Below, one piece after another: positions 53,395 to 64,000 of a DNA stretch of 64,000 bases. The stretch is from Stegostoma tigrinum. Taxonomy: Eukaryota. Where the stretch lies: assembly GCF_030684315.1 (NCBI RefSeq), contig NC_081398.1, forward strand, positions 2,902,402 through 2,966,401. The letters run 5' to 3'. The notes beneath the pieces were generated by a model. The model had not been told where the DNA came from, ran no database searches, and saw only the letters and a program-made list of their open reading frames with translations. Each line of letters opens with the position of its first letter. The first letter of the stretch is position 1. A program made the position numbers and the translations under genes.

Positions 53395-54130
53395 ATCTGC
53401 TGCATCCTTATTCCTATGCTCACTACTGTGCGGCACTCTTTGCAACATTTCTGCTTTTCGCTCTCCTTCCTAACTCCTGAAAGTCTGCTTGCAGCACCCA
53501 ACTCTCTTCCTATGTCTATGGTCCCAACATGGTTCAAGACCCATGCTGGTTCAGAATGCCCAGCAGCTGTTCTATGGTATCCTTGGCCTCGGCACCGAGG
53601 AGCAATGTTCTCTCTTAGCCGCTGTTCTGATCTGCCATAACCACCAATTGTGGTATTGACTTCCTGTTCCAGAAGTTGCTGCCTCAGAAGTGTATGCAGT
53701 GAATAAAAAGGGGGAATGCTGCCATACTAACCTGATGGCTGCAAAAACACTGTCTACTCCCCCCACTAATGAATTCCCTACCACTGCTGCCCTTCCAAAC
53801 GTCTTCCTTCCCCTACTCCCAGCAGTTTGACCACTTTGGCTGGGTTCCACAAAGAGTAATGGTTCCAATCATTTTCCAAAGCTGAGGAATGGTTTTGAGA
53901 GTGAGGTAGGATTCTCTCACTGTCTGATCCTGTTCTTTTGTCTGGCAGTCAGCCTGCCTTTCCTTCCTTGTTGGGCGACAAGCTCCTGTGCAGAACTTCT
54001 CGACTTTGTGATTACACCCAAGTGTGCCCAGCTGTCGCTCTAGGTCCAAAACCAGGAATTTCCGATGCTTCAGTCAGAAGCATTTTCCAACACACATGGC
54101 CATCCGGGCGGCCACAAGAGCTAAGATTTA
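53395..54130 (-). mobile_element. CR1 ORF1 (SGNH esterase-like) remnant
   Basis: ORF 53572-53868 GRAAVVGNSLVGGVD resembles the CR1 ORF1 VIGDSIVRG motif. Confidence 0.65.
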
Positions 54131-54513
54131 CAACAGTGTGGGATTATGGGCTTGGCCTCCCAAGACAAGGCTTTATTAAACAGAATATAGACCCTTATTT
54201 TTAGTTTGCCTGTATTTCCATTTAAATGTAGACTCGAAAAATATTATTCTTGTTTGTCATACAACCAACTCCTCTTAACTTGCAAGTGAAGAAATATATT
54301 TTAAGTTCTAAAATATTACCTATATTAAGATTAAGCGCACTCAGTCTTCACTTGAATCAATCACCTGTCACGAGGCAAGAGAAATATCCTCCATTTACCT
54401 ACGTGTTCCCTGTGATATTACACATCGATTTTGTTGAAGCAGTTCTGTCGCCTTGCCACCACTGCTCCTGGGTCTGTCATAGCTCTGCGGTCACTCTATT
54501 TGTGGAATCTCAC

Positions 54514-54623
54514 CTCAACGGCTTTTATGATGGGCCTGGGATTTTCTGTGGAAGGGATGGGGAGCCTGCGGATCTTCATTGTATCCGGTTCCGAGATGGT
54601 CAGTTCCCCTACCCAGGAGCCCA
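54514..54623 (-). other. Candidate 110-bp exon of a minus-strand transcript from the CpG island
   Basis: tttttttaaaactttcag acceptor and GAG|gtgaga donor in sequence not recognised as repeat. Confidence 0.4.
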
Positions 54624-54639
54624 CTGAAAGTTTTAAAAA

Positions 54640-54890
54640 AACAAATCGCTGCAAAAGCTCGGCAGGAGAGAAATCAGGGTTAACGCTTCGGGTCGAGTGA
54701 CCCTTCCTCGGAACACAACTCTGATAACTCAGCAGGGCAGAAATCAGAACTAACTCCTCAGAGTGTTCCGAGGAAGGGTCACTCGACCCGAAGCGTTATC
54801 CTGGTTTCTCTCCACAGATGCTGCCAGACCTGCTGAGCTTTTCAGGCAGTTCCTGTTTTTGTTTCTGGAATTCAGCGCCCGCGGTTCTTT
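54640..54890. mobile_element. Penelope-derived inverted-repeat insertion (third family)
   Basis: 54675-54716 and 54763-54805 are reverse complements with stem GGGTC-ACTC-GACCC. Confidence 0.8.
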
Positions 54891-55850
54891 CCATTTTGAT
54901 TTGCTCGCTGAAAGTAGCCATTTCAAACGGAAAATTGAGTGAGTTGTTCTGCAGTTAACAAGTACCCAGGGAAAATTCGAAATCTGCTCCCGGGACCTGA
55001 GCGTCCACACCCGGCCGCACCCCGCCCAACAGATTACGTGACAACATCCCAGTCCCACACGTTCTCCAGGACTCCCAACCCTGACTGTTTCCCCACACAC
55101 TGTCGTCCGCCCCAACTCTTTTCCCGGGAGGAGCACCCAGCCTCAACCCATTGAGCGGAAAGCCGCCCGTTAGTATTGGGAAAGCAGCTGATCGCCTGAG
55201 AACGGTCTAGGCCCGAAACGTCAGCTTTTGTGCTCCTGAGATGCCGCTTGTCCTGCTGTGTCCGTCCAGCCTCACATTTTATTATCTCGGATTCTCCAGC
55301 TTCTGCAGTTCCCGTTATCTCTGAGCGGTTGAGTATTGCAGTGCGCCAGCAAACCTGAGGGAGTGAGGGCGAGGAGCAACAACATGAGGCAGGGGACGCT
55401 CCGACCTGGTCAGCAGCTTCAAACAAAAATCGCTGGAAAAGCTGACAGCATCCTCTCAACAGTTTTTCTGTCTGTCCCTGTGGCCCAGAGGTTTCTCCAC
55501 TTTGTATTTTTGTTTACGCCCCAACAGCTGGTTAAGCTGGGCGCCTGGCTGCTTCTATGTGTTTACACGGAGCGCGGTGGGTCCGCTCGGGAAATGCCGG
55601 CGGCGATCCTGGAGTCACTCCAGATACCCAGGGGCCGAGGGAGGGGGGGGGGGGAGAGAAAGGGAAACAAAAAAAATAAACTTTATCCTAAATTTTCTCG
55701 TATCTCTAATGAAGGTGACATCGAACTGTGGTGGACTTGTGCACATCTCACCGTGTCTCCAGAGATGAGAGTGACTATTAAATTGCTTCCAGTCTAACAC
55801 TCGGTTCGATTGGTTATAGATACACTGGTTGCTTAGTGAGCGAATCGGTG
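54880..55850. promoter_or_regulatory. CpG-rich promoter-like island
   Basis: Visible CpG excess over flanks; GC boxes (ccccgccc about 55020, ccgccc about 55107), ttacgtga CRE-like site about 55034. Confidence 0.6.
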
Positions 55851-56664
55851 GGATGTGATAACAGGAACTGCAGATGCTGGAGAATCCGAGATAATAAAAT
55901 GTGAGGCTGGATGAACACAGCAGGCCAAGCAGCATCTCAGGAGCACAAAAGCTGACGTTTCGGGCCCAGACCATGAATTTGTCCCACCTTTGGCGGTTCC
56001 TTGCTCAACCTGTTCGTGGAAATGTCGACTGGTTCAGTGGGTTAGATGGTTTGGTGGGTGGGGGTGGGGGGGAAAGCCTGGGAGTGTTGGTGTGCCAGGG
56101 GGACTTTTGCCTCATCAGTTGTTCGAATATAACCCTTTTCTGATCAAATGGCGCAGTGAGTAGCCTACCTGACTGTGACCCAGTTGATCCAAGACTCAGC
56201 TGCGGTGGTTGTAACGTGGTTCTCAGGTAGGTCCTTCCAGTGCAGGCGTTTCTGATCAACTTGTTCCGAGATGTGATGACATCCCTCTGGTGTAATGGAC
56301 GGATGAGAGTGGCCTTTGTTGCACATCACCTCTTGGATTCTTCCTGGTCGAATGCCAACGTCACGAAGCAATTTGTGAAAGCGCTCAGTTCTTTACCCAA
56401 GCAAAGTGAACGGTCTCCAAAGCAATCAGCCACAGGCAATCGATCAACCTGACCGATGGGATAAACACTTCCCACGGGTACTTGAACCGGTAGCAAAAGG
56501 CTGCAAAATTACACTTGGAAAGTTAAGATCAGTGACCCCGAAATGTGCTGTTCACCGAAGAGCAGCCCCTTGCTTTTTAATTGCTACCAAGTCCTTTCCC
56601 AATTAGTTTAGAAGGAGCTTAGCCCTGAGAAAAGGTAACGCCAAACGTTAGCATATTAAGAACT

Positions 56665-56863
56665 AACGCAGTGTGGAGCTGGAGAAACACAGCAGGCCAG
56701 GCACCATCAGGACGTTTCGGGTCGTGATCCTTCCTCAGAAATGGGCCCCGAAACGTCAGCTTTCCTGTTCCTATGATGCTGCCTGGCGTGCTGTGTTCCT
56801 CCAGCTCCACGCTGTGTGTTATCTCTGACTCCAGCAGCTACAGTTCCTACTATCTCTGAACAA
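56665..56863. mobile_element. Penelope-derived inverted insertion disrupting the glycosyltransferase exon
   Basis: TSD attaagaact (56655-56664, 56864-56873); removing it restores frame HIKNCLVVTVFML. Confidence 0.85.
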
Positions 56864-58211
56864 ATTAAGAACTGCCTGGTAGTCACGGTTTTCATGTTGG
56901 CGATGAAAAGTTGATGGAACCAGTAGCTCAAGAGTCCCATCAATACAAGGACATTTCTTGTTTGGGATTTTGAAGAACATCACGCCAATTTAACTCAAGA
57001 TGAGTTGTCTCCTGCAATGGCTGAACGAGGAATACACATCCGACTTTTTCGTGAAAAGTTTAGTACGTTGTTTGCTGAATGGATGGATCTATCGAAAAAG
57101 TTGCGGGTAAATTGTTGGTGATGGCTTGCTGGTGCGTCGATATAGACTTCTGTCACAAACTCTGGGTCCTACTTCAGATTCGCACCTCTTTTAAGAACTT
57201 CCCAAAACTTCATTGTCCCACTATTGCTTAACACAATCCAGCATTCAGCTAATACTATAAATGAATCATTACCAAGAAAATAAACGCGATGCTGCCAATC
57301 TGGAAGAAAAAAGACATTTATCTAAAGAAAGCTGATGAATTCCAAACGTGAACAGATGCTGCCAGAGCTGCTGGGTTTCTCCAGCAAATTCTGTTTTTAT
57401 TTACGCTGCCTTTTTGTTTAAAAATAGAATAAATTTTCATAGAATCCCCTCAGCGCGGAAACAGGCCCTTCGGCCCAAAAATCCACACCTACGCTCAGAT
57501 CATCCCAGCTCGACCCCTTAACCCACTTCATCTATACCTCCCCGAACACTACGGGCAATTTTGCACAGCCAATCCACCCTAGCCTGCACATGTTTGGACT
57601 GCGGGAAGAAACCCGCACAGACACGTGGAGAATGTGCAAACTCCACACAGACAGTGGCCCGAGGGTGGAATCAAATCCAGGTTCCTGGTACTGTGAGACA
57701 GTAGTGTTAACCACTGAGCCACCATGCCACATCTAATAAAGTCCTAACTTTTTTTCGACTGACAAAATGGGGATTGTTGGGAGTTAAATGTTAAATGGTT
57801 GGGATTGGGGTAATTAGTTGTCAGGTCGGTGTATGCATCTGGTCAGAAGGTGAATTTGGGTGTCAAGATGCACCAGTCAGGTCAGGGGTATAGTTGGGTG
57901 GTCAGGCAGGGCTAGTCTTGTGATGGTTCAAAGTGGAGTAGTGGGTTCAGGTTGAAGGGTAATCAAGGATTTGGGGGAGTAGTTGGGATTTAGGGGGTTG
58001 GTTATGGGATTAGGTCAGGTGGTTGGGGTGGTCAGGTTGGTTAAGTGGAAGGTCTGGGTGAGTGATTGAGGACTCAGTTTTGTAATTACCTAGGTCTTAG
58101 TCTAGATGTTAATCTGTCTAACATGGGGATGCACCCTTCAGTAATTGGTATTTTGCACAGAGTTCAGTTCATTAGAACTTCTGCAAAAATACACAACAGA
58201 CTCCATTAACC

Positions 58212-59165
58212 TCCAGATTCAACGTATCATTCTCCACCACTTCTGCCACCTGCAATCTGATCCCACTACGAAGGATATATTTCCCTCCCCACCCTTATCT
58301 GCCTTGTGGAGGGACCGCTCTCTCCACGACTCCCTCATCTGCTCCATGCACCCCATTAGCCCCACAACCTCTGGCACCTTTCCCTGCAACCGCAGGAGGT
58401 GCTACACCTCCCGCCTCACCTCCATCCCAGGCCCCAACAAAACCTTCCACATTAAACAGATGTTCACCTGCACATCAGCTAATATGGTATACTGTATCCG
58501 CTGTCCCTGATGTGGCATCCTCTATATTGATGAGACCAAGCAGAGACTCGGAGACCGCTTTGTAGATCACCTACACTCAGCTCGCGACAAACAACAACAT
58601 CTCCCAGCTGTGAACCACTTCAACTCCCCCTCCAACTTCCTGGATGACATGTCCATCCTGGGCCTCCTCCAGTGTCACAACGATGCCACCCAGAAACTGC
58701 AGGAACAGCACCTCATATTCCGCCTTGGGAGCCTGCAACCCAATGGTCTCAATGTGGACTTTACTAGCTTGAAAATCTCCCCACCTACAACCTCATCCCA
58801 AGACCAGCACCCCCTCTCATGTCTGCCTCATTGACCTGTCTGTCTTCTCTCCCACCTATCCGGTCCTCCCACCTCACTGACCAAACCTCACCACTACCTA
58901 TCTACAGACACCTTTACTAGCTTCATCCCCATCTCCTTGACCTGTCTGTCTTCTCTTCCATCCTATCCACTCCACTATCTACCTGCTATCACTGCCCCTC
59001 CTCTCTATTTATTTCAAGAGCCCCCTTCCCCTCCCCCATTTCTGAAAAAGGGTCCCAACCCAAAACGTCAGCTTTCCTGCTCCTCTGGTGCTGCCTGGCC
59101 TGCTGTGTTCCTCCAGCTCCATGCTTTGTGACCTTAGATTCCAGCATCGGTGGTTCTTATATTCT
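58212..59165 (+). mobile_element. Penelope-like retroelement 3' part: GIY-YIG endonuclease remnant plus pLTR
   Basis: FTCTSANMVYCIRCP*CGILYIDETKQRLGDRF..HFN..QEQHLIFRLGSLQPNGLN; decayed hammerhead at 59041-59072. Confidence 0.88.
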
Positions 59166-62074
59166 CTTAGTCAATTGTGTATTGTGCTGTCTGCAGTTGC
59201 AGCCTGCCTGTCCAGGTCTGCAGCTTGTTTAATTCAGTATCTTTGCACAGATACTTTGGCCAATGCTTGGCTTGATTTCCCAGCATGCTTGGTGTATTAT
59301 CTGATTCTGCCATTTTGAGCGGCCCATCCAGCTACAAATACCCTGGGGGGTTACCATTGACCAGGAACTGAACTTGACCAACCGGCGGTCCCTCCACAAG
59401 GCAGATAAGGGTGGGGAGGGAAAAACATCCTTCGTAGTGGGGTCAGATTGCAGGTGGCAGAAGTGGTGGAGAATGAAACATATATACAGTGCAAGAGCAA
59501 GTTGGAGTAAATTGCCTTCTGATTCCCCAAAGTCTGGCCACAATCTACAAGATATGTCAGGAGTGGAACAGCACATTTCTCACTTGCCTGGATAAGTGCA
59601 GTTCCAACAATACTCAAGATATCATCTAAGACAAGGCACCTGCTTAATTGGAGCTCAGAGATCTGTGAGCACTGCTTGGGCTGAATGTTGTTTCTGCACT
59701 CTCTACATTTTGTGCTTCTATGCAATTGGCAATGTCCAATTCACTCCGTCCATCATGGATGCTGAGTAGCAGCAGTGTGTACTACTTACAAGATGCAGAA
59801 CTTCACTAAGGTTTCTTCATTTGCACCTGCCAAACGCACAACACTAACATCTAGACAAGGGCAACAGATATATGGGAACACCATCATCTGCAAGTTCCCC
59901 TCCAAACCACATGCCATCCTGACTTGAAATGTATCATTGTTCCTTCAGTCTCAATATATTAAAGTCCTGGAAATCCCTCCTAACAGCATTGAGGGGGTTT
60001 ACCAAATGGACTGCAGTGGTTCAAAATGCCAGCTCATCATCACCAGAGCAGCTAGGGATGGACAGTAAATGCTGGCCTCGTCAGTGACATCCGCATCCAA
60101 CAAATTAATAAAACAAATTTTGTGAACTTTCTCTAGGACTCTGGATCCGACCAGTTCGGTTGAAGGCTCTTTCAAGATTACAAGTTCTTCCTGTCTCAGG
60201 ACTGGTCCTAGTGCCGCAGTTTGTGTCAGCCTGCCTTTTCCACTTATTTTTGTCACATTGTCTTGTCTCTCTTTGCCTGTCCTCAATGAATTTGAGTATC
60301 CCTATCATTTTGGCTCCCTGATCACTTTGTCTGCTTGTGTTGAGTTTACATGTGCTCTTTCAAAGCCGACGATGATGAATTTGTCAACTGTGAGGCAATT
60401 GTGAACTACATTGCTATTGGCAAAACCTCAAAGGAATTTATTTCTGGTTACATTCATCAACAAGTCAAGGTCTACCAAAATGGCAACAACAAAGTGATCC
60501 ATTATCTTTTGGTCAATGGAATCCACCTAGGCTTCCCAGCTGGTGGAGGATACATGGTGCCTCGATCATACACTCCAGAACTTAACCGGCAGTCTGAGAC
60601 TTTGTCTGCTTTCCCGGTTGATGATGTTTTCACGTGATTTATGGCTTTTGCTGGCAAGATCCTATTGAAACATAAGCAGTTTTACATGAAAGGACTCAAG
60701 TGCTGTGTGCAGCATTTTAAGGATGCATTTACTGTACATTCATTAACTTTGCAAAATAGTATAGAAATGTGGGAAATGTTACACAAAGAAAAATAAAAAG
60801 AATAATTGGATAGAGGTCTAATTACTTGGGTGAATGAAAAGCTTTATTTTCAGATACAATATGGAGCTACCAATCCTCCAGAATTGTCCTGGACACTGCA
60901 GGACCACTGATTAAACTCAGACACTAAGTAACATGGGAGATAAATCATTATATTGTTTTATCTTTTTCACCTTTCACTTTCTTTTGCTAATTTCGCTGCA
61001 TTGTAAGGAAAGGACATTGCAGTTAGGGGACAAGAGTTATTTGCTTGAGAATAGATGATTATCTAATTGTGTAAAATTGATCCTATGGGTTTACCAATAG
61101 ACCTGTGAAAGAGCATAAGGGTATGTGGTGAGGATGGATGTGCCTTGTGGTGTGGGTCAATTGATTGGAACGGGGATTTCATATAATAGGAGCTCCAGGA
61201 ATAGTTGGAAGCAGAGTTGGCAAACCTCTGACTAGACACAACCCATTATTCAGAAGATGAATTACATTTATATACTGCCTTTGATCTAGCAAAGCTTTCC
61301 ATGGTACTTCACTGGAGTGAGTATCAAATAAAGTGATATTATGACTGAAAACTGAAACTTTGGTCAATGAGGAAGATATGAAGCAGTGTATAAAAGTGAA
61401 ATGGTGTAGGGAGAGAATTGTAGAGTTAAGGGCTATGATAACTAAAAACAGGGACATCCATTGGTGCAGTGAGCAGAGCTGCAGAATGTGCAAGAGGCCA
61501 CTGTTGGAGGAGCTCAGAGATCTGTGAGCACCGCTTGGGCTGAATGTCGTTTCTGCACTCTCTACATTTTGTGATTCTATGCAATTGGCAATGTCCAATA
61601 ACAAGACTGTGTCTTGTGCACCTCACCAACTGAGTCACCATGGTTAGCTAGCATTATGGTGATTTAATCAGAGGATGTGGAGATATTCACCAAGGTCATC
61701 TCCCCATACCCTGGATCACACCACAAACAGTTGATCCTTGTACAGAACTGGGTTCTCAAATCTCCCTTGCTTCAGTTTGTTGATTTAACTGATTTTCAAA
61801 AAACAATTTTGATTGTGGCATGGAATGCTGTAATTTTAATCACCATTACTGTTAAGCAGTTCTAAGAATATCAGGAATTAGTAAGATTTTAATAAGTGAA
61901 AATAATTTTAATCTTTTCATTCATTTTATTAGAAGCACCTGTAATGTGATTGCTTGGTTGATATTCAGCTCTTTATTACACCAAAGATGTTGCAACGCCA
62001 CTGGCCAGCCCTCTGTTGCCAGTGGCTGTAGTTGTCACCTACTGAACCTCCTCAGCCAAACTTGCTCAGTTAAT

Positions 62075-62415
62075 AAAGTGTGGAGCTGGATGAATACAGC
62101 AGGCCAAGCAGCATCTTAGGAGCACACATCCCGCCCCCTTGGCCTGTCTGTCCTCCCCGGACTGACCTATCCCCTCTCTACCTCCCCACCCATACTCTCC
62201 TCTCCACCTATCTTCTCCTCTATCCATCTTCAGTCTGCCTCCCCCTCTCTCCCTATTTATTTCAGAATCCTCTCTCTTTCCCCCTTTTCTGATGAAGGGT
62301 CTAGGCCTGAAACGTCAGCTTTTGTGCTCCTAAGATGCTGCTTGGCCTGCTGTGTTCATCCAGCTCCACACTTTTTTATCTTGGATTCTCCAGCATCTGC
62401 AGTTCCCATTATCTT
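62075..62415 (+). mobile_element. Penelope pLTR fragment with inverted 5' piece; a second insertion at 62740-62879
   Basis: ctgatgaagggtctaggcctgaaacgtcagc at 62289-62319; second insert has TSD ctcttcttgcatga (62726-62739, 62880-62893). Confidence 0.85.
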
Positions 62416-63099
62416 TGCTTAGTTAATAGCTGGTTGATGGGTTGTTCAGGTGAAATACTGGTTCATACTTTTCCTAGAGGAGATAGCGGATCTGATTCTT
62501 TCTTATTAAACAATCCCTGAACAGTCTGTACATTCTTTTGCAGATCTTTAGCTTCCACTGGGATCTCCTTTACTACTTTAATAAACCCTACGAGCTTATC
62601 TTGTTTTAGTACATCTGTTTTCCCAATGCGTTCCCCCCCCACTCTAGTTGACAGTTTCCCTTGATATAATTAGTAAATCCATCTGGTACGAGATGAGGCC
62701 CTTTCGAGTACAGGTGAAACCTAACCTCTTCTTGCATGAAAGCTGACGTTTTGGGCCTATGAAGGGTCTAGGCCCGAAACGTCAGCTTTTGTGCTCCTGA
62801 GATGCTGCTTGGCCTGCTGTGTTCATTCAGCCTCACATTTTATTATCTTGGATTCTCCAGCATCTGCAGTTCCCATTATCTCTTCTTGCATGATTATGTT
62901 CTGCCCCGGCGGGTGCTCCTGATTAATAGGTCAATGGATTCCTCTGATTGGTGGGTCAGTGGGGTGTCTCTGGTTTAGTGGGTGCCTCTGATGGTGTGCC
63001 AATGGGAGCCTCTGGTGTTCAGTGGGAGTCTCTGATTAATGGCCAAAGGGTGACACTGATGGTTCAATAGGAGCCTCTCGTCGCTCTCTATCGAGTCAG

Positions 63100-63246
63100 T
63101 GGGTTATTGTCGGTTGCTGCAGTTCCGCTTCTGGTCGTTAGGAGCCGCTGGTTGAGAAACCGGAAGTGTACCTTCATAATAGTTCCCACGATACTTCCGG
63201 TGTAACTCTTTAACCATCCCCCCCCCCCTGTAGAAAGGCCGCTAAG
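63100..63246 (+). promoter_or_regulatory. ZNHIT1 housekeeping-type promoter
   Basis: Two opposed ETS/GABP sites CCGGAAGT (63160-63167) and ACTTCCGG (63193-63200); CpG-rich; upstream degenerate ctctgattgg repeats 62915-63080. Confidence 0.7.
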
Positions 63247-63517
63247 ATGGTGGAGAAGAAGCGGGAGAGTTTGGGTAAGGAGCTGGGAGGTGGTAACTCT
63301 CGGGCCCGCCTGTTGCTGCGGTATTGACCCGGGTTTGTGCTGTTTGCAGGCAGGTTTCAGGAGGGCGGACAGCGGCGGGTCCTGGACCAAGCCACCCGCC
63401 AGCGGCGCCTCAACCGGCAGCTGGATGCCTTGGAGAAGGACAACTTCCAGGACGATCCGCACGCCAACCTGCCGCAGCTCAAGCGGCTCCCGCAGTTTGA
63501 TGATCACAACGAATCCG
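63247..63517 (+). CDS. ZNHIT1: Zinc finger HIT domain protein 1 (SRCAP complex subunit), exons 1-2: 63247-63274 and 63350-63517; gene continues beyond the window
   Basis: Spliced MVEKKRESLGRFQEGGQRRVLDQATRQRRLNRQLDALEKDNFQDDPHANLPQLKRLPQFDD matches the ZNHIT1 N-terminus; 75-bp GT-AG intron. Confidence 0.95.
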
Positions 63518-63644
63518 GTGAGGGCCCGGCGGAGGGGGGGGGGGGGGGGGGCGAGAATGGTCGGCGTTGGGGAGGAGAAGGGTGTTTGTGGAGTGAGGCC
63601 TGGGGATGTGAAAGGGGCTGCGGGAGGCGGGAGGCCGGAGCTAG

Positions 63645-64000
63645 TCACCGGAGGGGGCTGTGGAGGGAGAAGGGAGGATGATTGTTGGAGGGATTTAGGG
63701 ATGGGGGGGCGGTCACTGGAGGGAGAGGGAGAAGGGAGGATGATTTGCTGGAGGGGATTGAGGGATGGGGGGGCAACCGGTCACTGGAGGGAGAGGGAGA
63801 AGGGAGGATGATTTGCTGGAGGGGATTGAGGGATGGGGGGGCAACCGGTCACTGGAGGGAGAGGGAGAAGGGAGGATGATTTGCTGGAGGGGATTGAGGG
63901 ATGGGGGGGCAACCGGTCACTGGAGGAAGAGGGAGAAGGGAGGATGATTTGCTGGAGGGGATTGAGGGATGGGGGGGTGACTGGTCACTGGAGGAAGAGG
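63645..64000. repeat. G-rich 68-bp minisatellite in ZNHIT1 intron 2
   Basis: gcaaccggtc recurs at 63773, 63841, 63909 (period 68); runs off the window edge. Confidence 0.95.

Larger units (their letters stand above)
56275..60796 (+). pseudogene. GT31 family beta-1,3-glycosyltransferase (B3GNT/B3GALT-like) pseudogene; exon A about 56275-57057, exon B 60366-60796
   Basis: Ordered motifs FLIATKSFPN*FRR, VVTVFML, QESHQYKDI/VWDFEEHHANLT, QWL..FFVK, DDDEFVN, AGGGY, FPVDDVFT*, TVHSLT..MWEML; multiple stops, frameshifts and a TE insert. Confidence 0.85.

Noticed and set aside
54560-54623. Cadherin-like GSWVGELTISEPD on -
   Set aside because: Single short motif with no other cadherin repeat features
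54750-56260. Cluster of 80-150 aa ORFs around the CpG island
   Set aside because: They run through Penelope repeats and GC-rich promoter sequence, with no domain similarity recognised
56270-56455. Possible C/D snoRNA (GTGATGA..CTGA)
   Set aside because: No terminal stem seen; region is better explained as the 5' part of the glycosyltransferase pseudogene
63088-63947. Long ORFs 63088-63648 (-), 63290-63811, 63682-63879, 63765-63947
   Set aside because: By-products of GC-rich ZNHIT1 exons and the stop-poor 68-bp minisatellite

Overview
Cartilaginous-fish (shark-like, probably orectolobiform) genomic DNA, judged from HE1/V-SINEs, CR1-type LINEs and Penelope-type repeats; most of the window is nested transposon debris. 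Genes read from the sequence: (1) an apparently intact 9-exon ZP3/ZPC-type egg-coat gene on + (39668-43990, about 458 aa); (2) the first two coding exons of ZNHIT1 with its ETS-rich promoter at the right edge; (3) a broken, probably intron-containing GT31 (B3GNT/B3GALT-like) glycosyltransferase pseudogene (about 56275-60796); (4) relic exons 1-2 of an ACAP (centaurin-beta) gene on -, possibly fed from a CpG island at about 55 kb so that ZP3 would lie antisense in its intron. The most notable non-genic signal is about a dozen short Penelope-derived insertions, many with target-site duplications and inverted arms, carrying minimal hammerhead-ribozyme motifs whose stems co-vary between families. 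Also present: an ERV env/PPT/LTR relic, a Harbinger>Gypsy>CR1 nest, a Gmr1-like LTR element and two ~91-bp templated duplications. All calls are by eye; TE boundaries are approximate and family names need database confirmation.
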